This document shows positions 31,906-42,258 of a DNA stretch of 64,000 nt, in pieces (position 1 is the first letter of the stretch; each line of letters starts with the position of its first letter). This DNA comes from Cyanobacteria bacterium P01_A01_bin.123 (lineage in GTDB: Bacteria > Cyanobacteriota > Cyanobacteriia > Phormidesmidales > Phormidesmidaceae), in the NCBI GenBank assembly GCA_039815185.1, contig JBCBZT010000015.1, forward strand, positions 1 to 64,000, given 5' to 3'. Under the pieces are notes generated by a model. It made no database searches. It saw nothing but the letters and a program-made list of their open reading frames with translations, and was not told the DNA's origin. Position numbers and translations under genes: made by a program.

Positions 31906-32184
31906 ATGTCTGACGTACAAAACAACGAACAAGTCTCTGATGAACAACTCGAAGGCGTTGCTGGTGGGGTTGACCTTGATCAGTTGCGTCGTGAGAACCT
32001 TGACAAAGATGCAGTTGATTTTGATCAACTACGTCGCGAGAATCTCGACAAAGATGCCCTTTCCGATGATCAGTTGGGTCAAGTCGCTGGCGGTGTCAAC
32101 TTTGACCAACTGCGTCGCGAGAATCTCGACAAGGATGCCGCAAACCTTGACGAACTACGTCGCGAAAACTTGGACAAGGACTAA
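31906..32184 (+). CDS. putative multi-core double-glycine peptide precursor (92 aa)
   Basis: GGAGG RBS at 31893; two (V/L)SD(E/D)QL..VAGG motifs; four D(Q/E)LRRENLDKD repeats; followed by a terminator. Confidence 0.8.
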   Translation: MSDVQNNEQVSDEQLEGVAGGVDLDQLRRENLDKDAVDFDQLRRENLDKDALSDDQLGQVAGGVNFDQLRRENLDKDAANLDELRRENLDKD

Positions 32185-32238
32185 AGTCCAACCCACTTGA
32201 AGCCCTATGCCATCTCGGCATCTAGTTCTCAGGTAAAG

Positions 32239-32278
32239 AAACCGCCCCTCAGCCAATATCGACTGAGGGGCGATTTTA
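32239..32278 (+). terminator. intrinsic terminator
   Basis: CGCCCCTCAG-N10-CTGAGGGGCG followed by ATTTT. Confidence 0.8.
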
Positions 32279-32291
32279 TGGGTAAGTGTTT

Positions 32292-32360
32292 TATAGCGCT
32301 GGCCAGATTACTTAACGTCTCTAGGATCGCTGGGATGCTCAGCACACAAGCAATCTGGCT
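32292..32360 (+). repeat. 69-bp dispersed repeat / MITE-like element, copy 2
   Basis: TATAGCGCTGGCCAGATTAC...GCAATCTGGCT, followed by ATA. Confidence 0.85.
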
Positions 32361-32363
32361 ATA

Positions 32364-33515
32364 TTAAATCTGGTTCAATGCCGCATCCACAGCCTTTTGC
32401 TGATCGCGATGGGTAATCCAGCGGTGATAGGTACGATTGTGAACGGCTACCGAGTGACCCATCATGCGAGCTGAAACTGTGTCTGGAAGCCCCATGTGGA
32501 TTGTGCGCACCGCCCAGGCATGGCGTAAATCGTAGGGAGAAAACGGCATTTTGTAGCGGCGAAATTGGGTAGACACCTGCTGACCGATGCGTTGCAGTGT
32601 GGTTTGACTCAGATCGGTTTTGACGGGTGGCAGATTGATGGTTCGTAGATTGAAACGATCAATCCACTCGGGATAAAAAGGCCAGACTTCATGAAAGCCT
32701 GTTTTGGTCGTTTCTTGAACGGCGATCACCGCATTGGCATCACCATGGGCTAGGGCAGTGTAGTCGCAAAAGAACACTTCGTGGTTTCTCAAGCCGTAGG
32801 TGGCCAGCATCGCGTAGACAAACTGCCAAGTAGGGTTAGGAATTTGTTTGTAGCAGGCCAAAATCTGTTCATCCGTTGGCAAACGGCGCTGCTGGGTTTG
32901 GCTATTGCCGTAGGTACCCCAAAAGGTTTTGAGGTCGATGGGCAATTCTAAGTTCAAGAAGTTAGCAAATGCATTCAGTGCGGTACAGCACACTTGGCGA
33001 CTGCGGGAATTGGCCCGAGTGGATTTGACCGTGGCGTAAATCAGTTCAGGTAAGTTGTGTTTGGGATGCGCTTGGGCGATCGCATTGAGTTTCCGCAAAT
33101 AGGGGGCATAAGTCTTTTCCCAAGTTGTGAGGATTGCATCAGGGCGCTTGGCCTGGGTTTTATCAGCTAAGAAATACTGATGAAAGGCCTCAATTTTCGC
33201 CACCAATTCCTGCTGTGCCAAAGGCTTGCCTCCGGCATAGAGCAAATAGGTGCGCCAATCAAAGGTTTGCTGAATCAGTTCCGCTGCAATCACCTTAGCC
33301 TGCTGTTCGATTTGCTTAAGTCCGGCTTTCGTGGCCGGAATACCCAAGGGAATACGCTGCTGGTGGGGACGCAATCGATTACTCTCAGGGCGGGGGGGCA
33401 AGGTGCCCCTGAGGTTCAACTTGGTCCCTCGCCGCTCAATCACAAGCCCTAATTGGGCTGCTTTGAGGCGGGCGTTGACTTGATCAATTTGGCGGTTCAC
33501 ATCGAAGACTGGCAT
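32364..33515 (-). CDS. tyrosine recombinase / site-specific integrase (cyanobacterial type)
   Basis: YGLRNHE, KTG, YDLRH, MGHS...H..TY catalytic motifs; N-terminal LRGTLPP. Confidence 0.88.
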   Translation of the reverse strand: MPVFDVNRQIDQVNARLKAAQLGLVIERRGTKLNLRGTLPPRPESNRLRPHQQRIPLGIPATKAGLKQIEQQAKVIAAELIQQTFDWRTYLLYAGGKPLAQQELVAKIEAFHQYFLADKTQAKRPDAILTTWEKTYAPYLRKLNAIAQAHPKHNLPELIYATVKSTRANSRSRQVCCTALNAFANFLNLELPIDLKTFWGTYGNSQTQQRRLPTDEQILACYKQIPNPTWQFVYAMLATYGLRNHEVFFCDYTALAHGDANAVIAVQETTKTGFHEVWPFYPEWIDRFNLRTINLPPVKTDLSQTTLQRIGQQVSTQFRRYKMPFSPYDLRHAWAVRTIHMGLPDTVSARMMGHSVAVHNRTYHRWITHRDQQKAVDAALNQI

Positions 33516-33775
33516 CAAAGACTAAATCACCTGCAGTTTAACTAGGGGTAGTGAATCATAGAGCGTCCGCGACAATATTTTGAATAGTCTTTAATAGCGG
33601 TTAAGATTGTCTATACTGCACCGTTTAATCCCATCATCCAATTTGCTTAAATGGACTTAAAGACGAAGTCCATCGTTACAGTTATACACAAATGTAATCA
33701 GGTCTACGAAGTTATCTGATTGGGTTGTTACAATCGGAAAAGAATGTTAAGAGATTTAGGAAGTCGGGAATCATT

Positions 33776-34939
33776 ATGGGGCGAGTAGGGGTTCTGTTGC
33801 TAAATTTGGGCGGGCCGGAGCAATTAGAAGACGTACGCCCGTTTCTGTTTAATCTATTTGCGGATCCTGAAATCATCCGCTTACCGTTTCCTTGGTTGCA
33901 GAAGCCCCTGGCTTGGCTCATTTCAACCAACCGGGCCAAAACATCTCAAGAAAACTACAAGCAGATTGGTGGGGGTTCTCCGTTACGCAGGATCACAGAG
34001 GAACAAGCCACTGCGTTGAAGCATTCCTTGGTAGACAAAGGTCACGAGGCTGAAATCTATGTTGGCATGCGGTATTGGTATCCATTTACCGAAGAAGCGA
34101 TCGCGCGGATTAAACGCGATGGGATCGACCAATTGGTGATTTTGCCCCTGTACCCTCAGTTTTCCATTAGCACCAGTGGATCTAGCTTTCGGTTGCTAGA
34201 GCAAATTTGGCTGGACGACCCAACCCTGGATCGAATTAACTACACTGTGATTCCTTCTTGGTACAATCGCCCCGGCTATGTTGACGCCATGGCTGATCTG
34301 ATTCGCCAAGAACTTGACAAACTCCCCAATCCTGACCAAGGCCATATTTTCTTCAGTGCCCACGGCGTCCCAGTGAGCTATGTCGAAGAGGTGGGTGACC
34401 CCTATCAGCAGGAAATTGAACACTGCACTGAGTTGATCATGCGGTCGTTAAATCGGCCCAATGCCCATACCTTGGCTTATCAAAGTCGGGTAGGTCCGGT
34501 GGAGTGGCTACAGCCCTATACTGAAGATGCCATTGAGACCTTGGCTGAGGAGGGAGTCAATACGCTAGTAGTGGTTCCTATTAGCTTTGTCTCAGAGCAC
34601 ATTGAGACCCTACAAGAAATTGATATCGAGTATCGGGAAATTGCTGAAGAAGCCGGGATTGAAAACTTCTGTCGGGTGCCTGCACTCAATACCCACTCAG
34701 GCTTTATCAACGATATGGCTGATATGGTTTTAGAGGCCATGGAGTCCCCGCGTAAACGCTTCTCTCAAGTCGTACATCCCGACAAGCGAGTTAAGATTTA
34801 TCCCCCAGAGCGTTCTGCTTGGGGGATGACCCCCATTGCCGAGATTTGGAACGGGCGACTGGCAATGGTTGGATTCTTAGCCCTGCTATTAGAACTGGTC
34901 AGTGGTCACGGACCTCTTCATTTAGCGGGATTGCTATAG
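33776..34939 (+). CDS. hemH: ferrochelatase with C-terminal CAB/HLIP domain
   Basis: [19 protein letters not shown] and EHIETL motifs; [12 protein letters not shown] motif. Confidence 0.97.
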   Translation: MGRVGVLLLNLGGPEQLEDVRPFLFNLFADPEIIRLPFPWLQKPLAWLISTNRAKTSQENYKQIGGGSPLRRITEEQATALKHSLVDKGHEAEIYVGMRYWYPFTEEAIARIKRDGIDQLVILPLYPQFSISTSGSSFRLLEQIWLDDPTLDRINYTVIPSWYNRPGYVDAMADLIRQELDKLPNPDQGHIFFSAHGVPVSYVEEVGDPYQQEIEHCTELIMRSLNRPNAHTLAYQSRVGPVEWLQPYTEDAIETLAEEGVNTLVVVPISFVSEHIETLQEIDIEYREIAEEAGIENFCRVPALNTHSGFINDMADMVLEAMESPRKRFSQVVHPDKRVKIYPPERSAWGMTPIAEIWNGRLAMVGFLALLLELVSGHGPLHLAGLL

Positions 34940-35032
34940 CGCTTATTGACAGTAGCCCAGTCCCTGGCATCATAGGGGGGCACCGTTCGACTAGAACGCG
35001 TGGCTCTGGCTCAGTTGTCTTTCAAGATCGCC

Positions 35033-36421
35033 ATGGTTAATTGGGTTTGGCAAGGGTTCACCCTAAATCGATTCGCGTTAGAACAGTGGCGCGAAGTCAG
35101 TTACTTGCATCGGGTTTTAACCCCGTTTCGCAGTTGGCGTCAGGGCAGTTGGCTGTTGCAGTGGGCTGATTTGATCGGTCTTCTGCTGATTGCCTTGGTG
35201 TTTGCCCTAGCGCCCTTTGTCTCCACTGCATTGACTGGGGTGTTGCTGATCGCCTGTGGCGGCTTTTGGCTGCTGCTGACCCTTTCTGATGACGCGATCG
35301 CTGGGTTGACCCCCATTCACCTCATGGTGGTGCTGTATTGGGGGGTGATGGTATTGGCGACTGCCGTTTCTCCCGTGAAGGCAGCAGCCATCCAAGGATT
35401 AATTAAGCTGACGCTCAACCTCCTGTTGTTTTTACTCATGGCGCGGGTATTGCGACAGCCCCAGTGGCGGGTTGGCTTGACCGGGGTGTATCTGCTAACG
35501 GCTTTGGTCGTATCAGTTTATGGGTTACGGCAGTGGTTCTTTGGGGTTGAAGCTTTAGCGACCTGGGTCGACCCAGAATCTACCCTGGCCGACACAACCC
35601 GGGTCTATAGCTATCTGGGCAATCCCAACCTGCTGGCGGGATACTTAATTCCGGCAATCATGTTCAGTGGGACAGCGATATTTGCTTGGCCCCGCTGGGT
35701 GCCGAAACTGCTGGCGGCTGTGATGGTGATGGTGAATACGGCCTGCCTGGTTTTGACGTTTAGCCGGGGTGGCTGGATTGGGTTTGTAGTGGCGGGATTT
35801 GTCATGTTGGCGCTACTGGTTCATTGGTGGAGCCGGGGATTTAATGCCCGCTGGCGGCAGTTAGCCCTACCGTTGTTTTTAGGGAGCGCGGCGGCGTTTG
35901 TCGTCGCAGCTGTGATGGTGGTTGATCCCCTACGCGATCGCGTCATGAGTATTTTTGTGGGTCGCGAAGACAGCAGCAACAACTTTCGCATCAATGTGTG
36001 GGCAGCGGTGGTTAATATGATCCGCGATCGCCCTATTCTTGGAATTGGCCCTGGCAATGATGCCTTCAACCAGGTGTATCCCATCTATGCCCGACCTAAC
36101 TATACGGCCCTGAGTGCCTACTCAGTTTTCTTAGAAATTGCGGTAGAGGCGGGGTTGATCGGTTTGGGCTGCTTCATCTGGATGATGCTGGTGGTCTTTA
36201 CCCAGGGTTGGCAACAGATTCAGCGGCTGCGAGAAGCGGTGGATAGTCAGGGGTATTGGCTGATTGCGGCGATCGCGTCTCAAGCCGGCATGTTGATGCA
36301 CGGCTTGGTCGATACCGTATGGTATCGCCCGCAAATTAGCACGTTATGGTGGCTGATGATGGCCCTTGTGGCTAGCTACTATGCGATTACACCCCGCCGA
36401 GAATGGCGGGTTCAAACATAA
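35033..36421 (+). CDS. ictB: IctB family O-antigen-ligase-like membrane protein
   Basis: RVYSYLGNPNLLAGYL, DSSNNFRINVW, GIGPGN and DTVWYRP motifs. Confidence 0.9.
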   Translation: MVNWVWQGFTLNRFALEQWREVSYLHRVLTPFRSWRQGSWLLQWADLIGLLLIALVFALAPFVSTALTGVLLIACGGFWLLLTLSDDAIAGLTPIHLMVVLYWGVMVLATAVSPVKAAAIQGLIKLTLNLLLFLLMARVLRQPQWRVGLTGVYLLTALVVSVYGLRQWFFGVEALATWVDPESTLADTTRVYSYLGNPNLLAGYLIPAIMFSGTAIFAWPRWVPKLLAAVMVMVNTACLVLTFSRGGWIGFVVAGFVMLALLVHWWSRGFNARWRQLALPLFLGSAAAFVVAAVMVVDPLRDRVMSIFVGREDSSNNFRINVWAAVVNMIRDRPILGIGPGNDAFNQVYPIYARPNYTALSAYSVFLEIAVEAGLIGLGCFIWMMLVVFTQGWQQIQRLREAVDSQGYWLIAAIASQAGMLMHGLVDTVWYRPQISTLWWLMMALVASYYAITPRREWRVQT

Positions 36422-36480
36422 TTCATGGTTGGCAATTGAATTTGAGTAGTATGCTAGTTGGTGCATAAGAGCACTGAGCT

Positions 36481-37653
36481 ATGAGCGCACATCAATCCCG
36501 CGGATCGCTTCAAGATAAACCCCTCTGGCTGTTAATTGGCGCATTATTATTTGTTGGCGGAGTAACATTTTGGACAGCGCGATCGCTGATCCAAACCCGT
36601 CAGGCTACTGAAGACGAAATTGTCATACCACCCCCCCAACAGGTCAGCGTTGCCGCTTTAGGTCGCATCGAGCCCCAGGGGCGAGTTGTGGATGTGGCGA
36701 CCTCAGAAAATGGTCGCCTCGATCGATTGTTGGTGAATGAAGGCGATCAAGTTAAAGCGGGCGATATTCTAGCTTACTTGGATCTCTACAGTGTGCGATT
36801 AGCCGAACGCGACTACGCTGCCAGCCAACTCTCAGAAGCTCAAGCCCTGCTAGAAGCTGAAACCTCTGCAGGACAGGCTCAAATTCAAGAAACGGTTACT
36901 CGGATCGGCCAACTCGATCGGCCCCAAGCCTATGCCATTGACGCTCAAAAGGCCGCTGTGGAAAGCTTAAGGGCTGAACTTAATCTTGCCAAGCTCGATC
37001 TCAACCGCACCCAGCAGCTCTATCAACAGGGCGCGATCGCTGAGCAAGACCTCGACCGTCAACGGGCCACTGTTGATCGCCTGACTCAAGATTTAGAGAA
37101 CGCGATCGCCACCCAACTGCGACTTGAAACCAACCGGACTGCCGATCTTGACAACGCCATCGCTCAAGTGGGCACTGCCGAAGCCAACATGCAACGCTCC
37201 CAAGTTGATGTAAAAGTTGATTCAGCCGCTCGCAACCTGGCCTTAGCAGAGTCTCGTTTAGAGTTGACCCTTGTCCGTGCGCCTCAAAACGGTCAAATAT
37301 TGCAGATTTTTGCCGAACCGGGTGAAGCGGTCTCAACGACTAATCCCCTGATGGCCTTGGGCAATACCGACCAAATGACAGTCGTGGCCGAGGTGTACGA
37401 AAGTGATGTGGGCCTGGTAGAGGTGGATCAAAAAGCCACCATCACCAGCCGCAACGGTGCTTTTGAAGAAACCTTAGTGGGCACCGTTGAACAAATTGGA
37501 CTGCAAATTTTCAAAAATGACGTTCTTGATGATGACCCCGCTGCCAACGCCGATGCTCGGGTGGTCGAAGTCCGTATTCGCATTGAGCAAAGCGATGTGG
37601 TGAAGCAGCTTACCAATTTACAGGTCGATGTGGTGATCGACATTGAGTCCTAA
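36481..37653 (+). CDS. DevB/HlyD-family membrane fusion protein
   Basis: VAALGRIEP, lipoyl-like V.EGD.V, AEVYESD, DARVVEV and LTNLQV motifs. Confidence 0.9.
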   Translation: MSAHQSRGSLQDKPLWLLIGALLFVGGVTFWTARSLIQTRQATEDEIVIPPPQQVSVAALGRIEPQGRVVDVATSENGRLDRLLVNEGDQVKAGDILAYLDLYSVRLAERDYAASQLSEAQALLEAETSAGQAQIQETVTRIGQLDRPQAYAIDAQKAAVESLRAELNLAKLDLNRTQQLYQQGAIAEQDLDRQRATVDRLTQDLENAIATQLRLETNRTADLDNAIAQVGTAEANMQRSQVDVKVDSAARNLALAESRLELTLVRAPQNGQILQIFAEPGEAVSTTNPLMALGNTDQMTVVAEVYESDVGLVEVDQKATITSRNGAFEETLVGTVEQIGLQIFKNDVLDDDPAANADARVVEVRIRIEQSDVVKQLTNLQVDVVIDIES

Positions 37654-37682
37654 GCCTCATCGGATGGGAAACGTAGGAATTT

Positions 37683-38831
37683 ATGGGTCGTACTCCCCTG
37701 GCACTCTACAATCTGCTCCACGATCGGACCCGGCTAGTCGTGGCGATTTTTGGGGTGGCCTTCGCTGTACTGCTGATTTTTATGAATTTGGGGTTTCGCG
37801 GGGCGCTACTTTCTACGGCTACCAACATCTACACCCAAATCAATGCCGATATCTTTTTAATCTCTCCTCAATCCTTAGAACTTAGCTCCACTACGACCTT
37901 TCCCCGAGAGAGGTTATATCAAGCGGCGGGCATTGAAGGGGTGGTTCAGGTGATGCCCCTCTATTCAGAATATTTGCTTTGGCGCAACCCAGAGACGCGC
38001 ATCAGCCGGGCCATGTTTGTTTACGGCATTAACCCCAGTGACCCCGTGTTTCTGATGCCCGAAATGCAGACGGCAGCGGCCATCAATCTCCTGCAAAAAC
38101 CCGATGCTGTGTTCATCGATACGCTCTCTCGACCCGAATTTGGTCCCCAAACCACTGGATTAGAAACGGAAGCCGACCGCCGTCGCGTCACTATCGTCGG
38201 TCAATATACCCTAGGCGGCGGTTTTGCTGCCGACGGTACGCTAATTATGAGCGATCAAAATTTTCGTCGTCTCTTTTCCCCCCGCCCCCTAGATCAAATC
38301 GATGTTGGGTTGATTCGTTTGGCACCGGGTGCTGATATTGCCCGAGTCGCCGCTGCATTAGCTGATCACCTGCCAAAGGACGTGACTGTTTATACCAAGG
38401 CAGACGCGATTGTCAATGACCAAAAATATTGGCTAGAAACAACCGCTATTGGCTTTATTTTTGGCCTCGGGGTCACGGTGTCGTTCATTGTTGGCACCGT
38501 GATTGTGTACCAGATTCTTTACACCGATATTCGCGACCACCTGCCAGAGTACGCCACCTTGAAAGCCATGGGCTATCGCAATTTCTATCTGTTTCAACTG
38601 GTTTTGCAAGAGTCCGTGATTTTAGCCTTTATGGGCTATATTCCAGGGTTGATTGCCTCACTGGGGCTTTATCAACTGACGGTTAATGCCACCGCAGGCA
38701 GCTTACCCGTTACCATGAATCTACCCCGGCTGGTTTTCGTGTTTATGCTGACGTTTGTGATGTGTAGTGGTTCGGGGTTGATTTCGGTACGGCGGGCCAT
38801 GACTGCCGATCCGGCTGATGTATTTGCGTGA
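37683..38831 (+). CDS. DevC-family ABC permease
   Basis: GVAFAVLLIF, YQILYTDI..HL.EYATLKAMGY and ADPADVF motifs. Confidence 0.9.
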   Translation: MGRTPLALYNLLHDRTRLVVAIFGVAFAVLLIFMNLGFRGALLSTATNIYTQINADIFLISPQSLELSSTTTFPRERLYQAAGIEGVVQVMPLYSEYLLWRNPETRISRAMFVYGINPSDPVFLMPEMQTAAAINLLQKPDAVFIDTLSRPEFGPQTTGLETEADRRRVTIVGQYTLGGGFAADGTLIMSDQNFRRLFSPRPLDQIDVGLIRLAPGADIARVAAALADHLPKDVTVYTKADAIVNDQKYWLETTAIGFIFGLGVTVSFIVGTVIVYQILYTDIRDHLPEYATLKAMGYRNFYLFQLVLQESVILAFMGYIPGLIASLGLYQLTVNATAGSLPVTMNLPRLVFVFMLTFVMCSGSGLISVRRAMTADPADVFA

Positions 38832-38843
38832 AGGGGCCAGCCC

Positions 38844-40016
38844 ATGTGGAAACGTACGCCTCTAGCCCTGCTCAACCTAACTCACGATCGGCGTAAATTT
38901 GTGACCTCGTTGGCCGGGGTTGCCTTTGCCGTCCTGCTGATGTTTTTGTTCACCGGGTTTAAAAACGCCCTGTATGACAGTCAACTCCAACTGCTCACCA
39001 AGCTCAACGGCGAGATCGTGATGATCAATCGGCTCAAATCAAACATGTTTGTGCCGATTTCCTTTGCCCGTCGTCGGCTGTATCAAGCTCGGTCCTTTGA
39101 AGGGGTAGAGGCAGCCTACGCGCTCTATACCAGCGATGCCAACTGGCAAAATCCTGAAACCCAAAAGACTCGCCCCGTCAGAGTGCTAGCGTTTAATCTA
39201 GCCGATCCGGTGTTGCCGTTGCCGGACGTGACGGCCAGTTTAGAGAGGCTACAGTTGCCCAATACTGCCTTAATTGATACTCGAGCGCGGGCTGAAGTCG
39301 GCCCTACAGAAACGGGCATCATCACCCAACTGGCAGATCGGGAAATCCGCATCGTGGGCACCTTTAGCTTGGGTACAGACTTTGCCTCAGGCAATGGTAA
39401 TTTGATCATGAGCGATCAAAACTTCTTGCGCTACTTTGCCAATCGAGGCCCATCGGAAGATGAACGCAGTTTTGCTACCGCCGATGTAGGTTTGATCAAG
39501 CTCAAACCTGGGGTAGATGTCCAACAGTTAGCCACGACCCTCAGCGAAAATCTGCCCAACGATGTGCTCATATTGCCGCGAGATGGCCCCGGAGGATTTG
39601 TCATACGCGAGCGGCAGTATTGGGAAGAAAATACCAACATTGGCTTTGTGTTTTCGCTGCTGACGGCTATGAGCTTTGTGGTTGGCATTATTTTGGTTTA
39701 TCAAATTCTCTATACCGATGTGGCTGATCACTGGAAGGAATATGCCACGCTAAAGGCCATGGGTTATACCAACTGGTTTTTGCTAGGCATCGTCGTTCAA
39801 GAAGCGCTGTTTTTGTCGGTGTTGGGGTTTATTCCGGGGGCCTGCGTGGGCATGTTGCTCTATCGAGGAGCCGGAAATGCGACGGGGTTATTGTTTCAAC
39901 TCACGACAGAACGGGTGGTAAATATCTTGATTCTCACCTTCGTGATGTGTTTGATTTCGGCAGTAATTGCCGTCCGTAAAGTGCAAGCGGCCGATCCGGC
40001 GGAGGTGTTTTCTTAA
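38844..40016 (+). CDS. DevC-family ABC permease (second paralog)
   Basis: Same motifs as the preceding gene; ends ADPAEVF. Confidence 0.9.
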   Translation: MWKRTPLALLNLTHDRRKFVTSLAGVAFAVLLMFLFTGFKNALYDSQLQLLTKLNGEIVMINRLKSNMFVPISFARRRLYQARSFEGVEAAYALYTSDANWQNPETQKTRPVRVLAFNLADPVLPLPDVTASLERLQLPNTALIDTRARAEVGPTETGIITQLADREIRIVGTFSLGTDFASGNGNLIMSDQNFLRYFANRGPSEDERSFATADVGLIKLKPGVDVQQLATTLSENLPNDVLILPRDGPGGFVIRERQYWEENTNIGFVFSLLTAMSFVVGIILVYQILYTDVADHWKEYATLKAMGYTNWFLLGIVVQEALFLSVLGFIPGACVGMLLYRGAGNATGLLFQLTTERVVNILILTFVMCLISAVIAVRKVQAADPAEVFS

Positions 40017-40870
40017 TGGAACCTGTTTCAAATCCCCCGGCTCAATTTCACAATGCTGCCCCTGGTGACCCTCAGTTGCGTCAACTAGGGGCTGACCAGT
40101 CCCCGGCTCACGCTGAACAATTACCCAAAGACTCAGAACTGGCGGTTAAAATTCGAGGACTGAACTACTACTTTGGCCGGGGCGATTTGCGTAAGCAAGT
40201 GCTCTACAATATCGATCTCGATTTGCCCCGAGGACAGATCGTGATTATGACCGGGCCTTCAGGGTCGGGAAAAACGACGCTTTTAACCTTGATTGGGGCG
40301 CTACGCTCTGCTCGGGAGGGCAGCCTTGAGGTATTAAGCCGAGAAATTATTGGTTTGGCCAAGCACCAGCTGGTGGAAGTCCGGCGCAATATTGGGTTTA
40401 TCTTTCAAGCTCACAATTTATTTGAATCTCTGACAGCGGTTCAAAATGTTGAGATGGCAGTGGAGCTAATTGGACAGTTTAAAGATAAGCGCACGCAGGC
40501 GACTGCTATCCTCAACCAAATTGGGTTGAGCGATCGCGTCAAGTACAAACCAGAAGCACTTTCTGGGGGGCAAAAACAGCGGGTTGCCATTGCTCGGGCT
40601 CTTGTTAATCAGCCCCAGTTGATTTTGGCTGACGAACCCACCGCCGCGCTCGACAAAAAATCAGGCCGAGACGTGGTCACGTTGATGCAAACCTTGGCTA
40701 GGGAACAAAACCGCACTATCTTAATGGTGACCCACGACAACCGCATTTTGGACGTGGCCCATCGCATCATAAACCTGGTCGATGGCCACCTCGAATCCGA
40801 TGAAAATCTAGCCCAGTTTGTGCAAACTCACGACCCCAAAACCCTCGATCGTCGAATGTTTATTCTATAA
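40016..40870 (+). CDS. DevA-family ABC ATP-binding protein
   Basis: GPSGSGKT, LSGGQKQR, ADEPT and VTHD motifs. Confidence 0.93.
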   Translation: MEPVSNPPAQFHNAAPGDPQLRQLGADQSPAHAEQLPKDSELAVKIRGLNYYFGRGDLRKQVLYNIDLDLPRGQIVIMTGPSGSGKTTLLTLIGALRSAREGSLEVLSREIIGLAKHQLVEVRRNIGFIFQAHNLFESLTAVQNVEMAVELIGQFKDKRTQATAILNQIGLSDRVKYKPEALSGGQKQRVAIARALVNQPQLILADEPTAALDKKSGRDVVTLMQTLAREQNRTILMVTHDNRILDVAHRIINLVDGHLESDENLAQFVQTHDPKTLDRRMFIL

Positions 40871-40874
40871 AGCA

Positions 40875-41354
40875 ATGCCCATTGATTTTGCTAACCCGGT
40901 TCAAGCCACGACTTACACCAAAGTCGCCGACTACCTCAATGGGTCGTCCCTATTTAAACCATCGTTGCGGACCTACGACGGCCAGCCCAAATTTGATATC
41001 CTCTACGGTTCAACTTTAGTGGAAATTGAGGTATTGCCCTGGGAAGTTCATCCCTGGGAAGAAGCTGACCTAGCCACGGTTAGAGCCACAAGCTGCGTCA
41101 CCATTGGTAGCCACATCAATGCCGATTTGATGCATTTTTTGCTCACTGAAAATCGACGTATGCGCTTTGGGGCCTTTAATTTAGACGACGCCGGACAAGT
41201 TCTTTTTGCTGAAAGTGTCCTGGGGGGCGACAGTATGGATCTAATGGAACTGCAAACCTGCATTTTGTCAGTTGTCACCATTGCCGATACCTACGATGAC
41301 CTGATCGCCGAGAAGTTTGGTGGAAAGCGGGCAGTAGATTTGCTATCCGCGTAG
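40875..41354 (+). CDS. YbjN/CesT-like domain protein
   Basis: LL.EN..MRFGAF.LD and ADTYDD.I..KFGG motifs; start 4 nt after the devA-like stop. Confidence 0.75.
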   Translation: MPIDFANPVQATTYTKVADYLNGSSLFKPSLRTYDGQPKFDILYGSTLVEIEVLPWEVHPWEEADLATVRATSCVTIGSHINADLMHFLLTENRRMRFGAFNLDDAGQVLFAESVLGGDSMDLMELQTCILSVVTIADTYDDLIAEKFGGKRAVDLLSA

Positions 41355-42258
41355 GGGGAAGCGCTGCTAGCCTATATCGGCTTGGCAATGCTGATTCGGA
41401 TGCGCTGGGGTATTTGCTAAGCGGCGTTGAAGATAGCTATATTTGCGTGGTGCTCATATGATCATCAGCAAATTCTCAGAACAAACCGCTAGTATTGATC
41501 GTCATAAACCCCATCCGATTGGCAAACTTGAGTTTTGAGCTGAGGGAAGAACCCTTGAGCTTGTGGCTCGGGAGGGCTACGGATCTAGATGTGGCGGGTT
41601 TAGTTGTTAGTCATCAGCTGTGGCTTAGGGTCTAGACCAATCGCGTTCAAACCGCAATTGACCAACCGGCTCGGGTCGAAATGGCTGAATTAAGCTGTGC
41701 TGTGAGAGAACGTTCGGTTTTCTGGTTAGGGTTAACCGCCCATATTCACTTTGTTGAGTATGGGATTATATGTTCAAATGACTTTTCCAGAAACTGACAT
41801 TGACACTCGAATTAAGAGGAACTTGGAACCATTGCCCTTTACGGCATCGATAGATTGCCATATTATGGAGAAACAAACTCATAACGATTTCGACTTTGAG
41901 ATTTTAGCGTTTGGATGTGCCAGATAGTTTTATCTGTATGCTTAACTAGCCAAATAAACGCCTTGAGTTTTAGGAACACCAAGCAAGTGCTGTGTGAGGT
42001 CTGTTGACATCGGTGTTTCAAACTTAGTTAGCAATCTATGCTCTGCAACCCTGATCCGGTTCTGTTTAAGACTGACACTTTCCTATGATCTAAGCTAACA
42101 GACCTGGACTCGGATAAGGATTTAGATGGTCTTATTCAGGTAGTGCTTGCTTAGCAGCACTTAAACGTTCTGCCATTGATCACCGCAATGGTTGGTTCCC
42201 AATTTCTTTGCATTCGCTCAAGACACAGTCAGCATTTCCAGCGGAGGCGATTGATTCC

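Noticed and set aside
31969..32181. 45-bp repeats as a CRISPR array
   Set aside because: There are no unique spacers and no cas genes, and variation is concentrated at synonymous codon positions, so the repeats are protein-coding.
32364..33515. Tyrosine recombinase as the integron integrase or a prophage integrase
   Set aside because: It is 14 kb from the array, has no recognisable IntI-specific insertion, resembles the widespread chromosomal cyanobacterial type and has no phage genes nearby.
36481..40870. DevBCCA exporter as the transporter for the GG-leader peptide
   Set aside because: It has no C39 peptidase domain, is separated from the precursor by housekeeping genes, and belongs to a family associated with glycolipid and other export; no evidence of a link.
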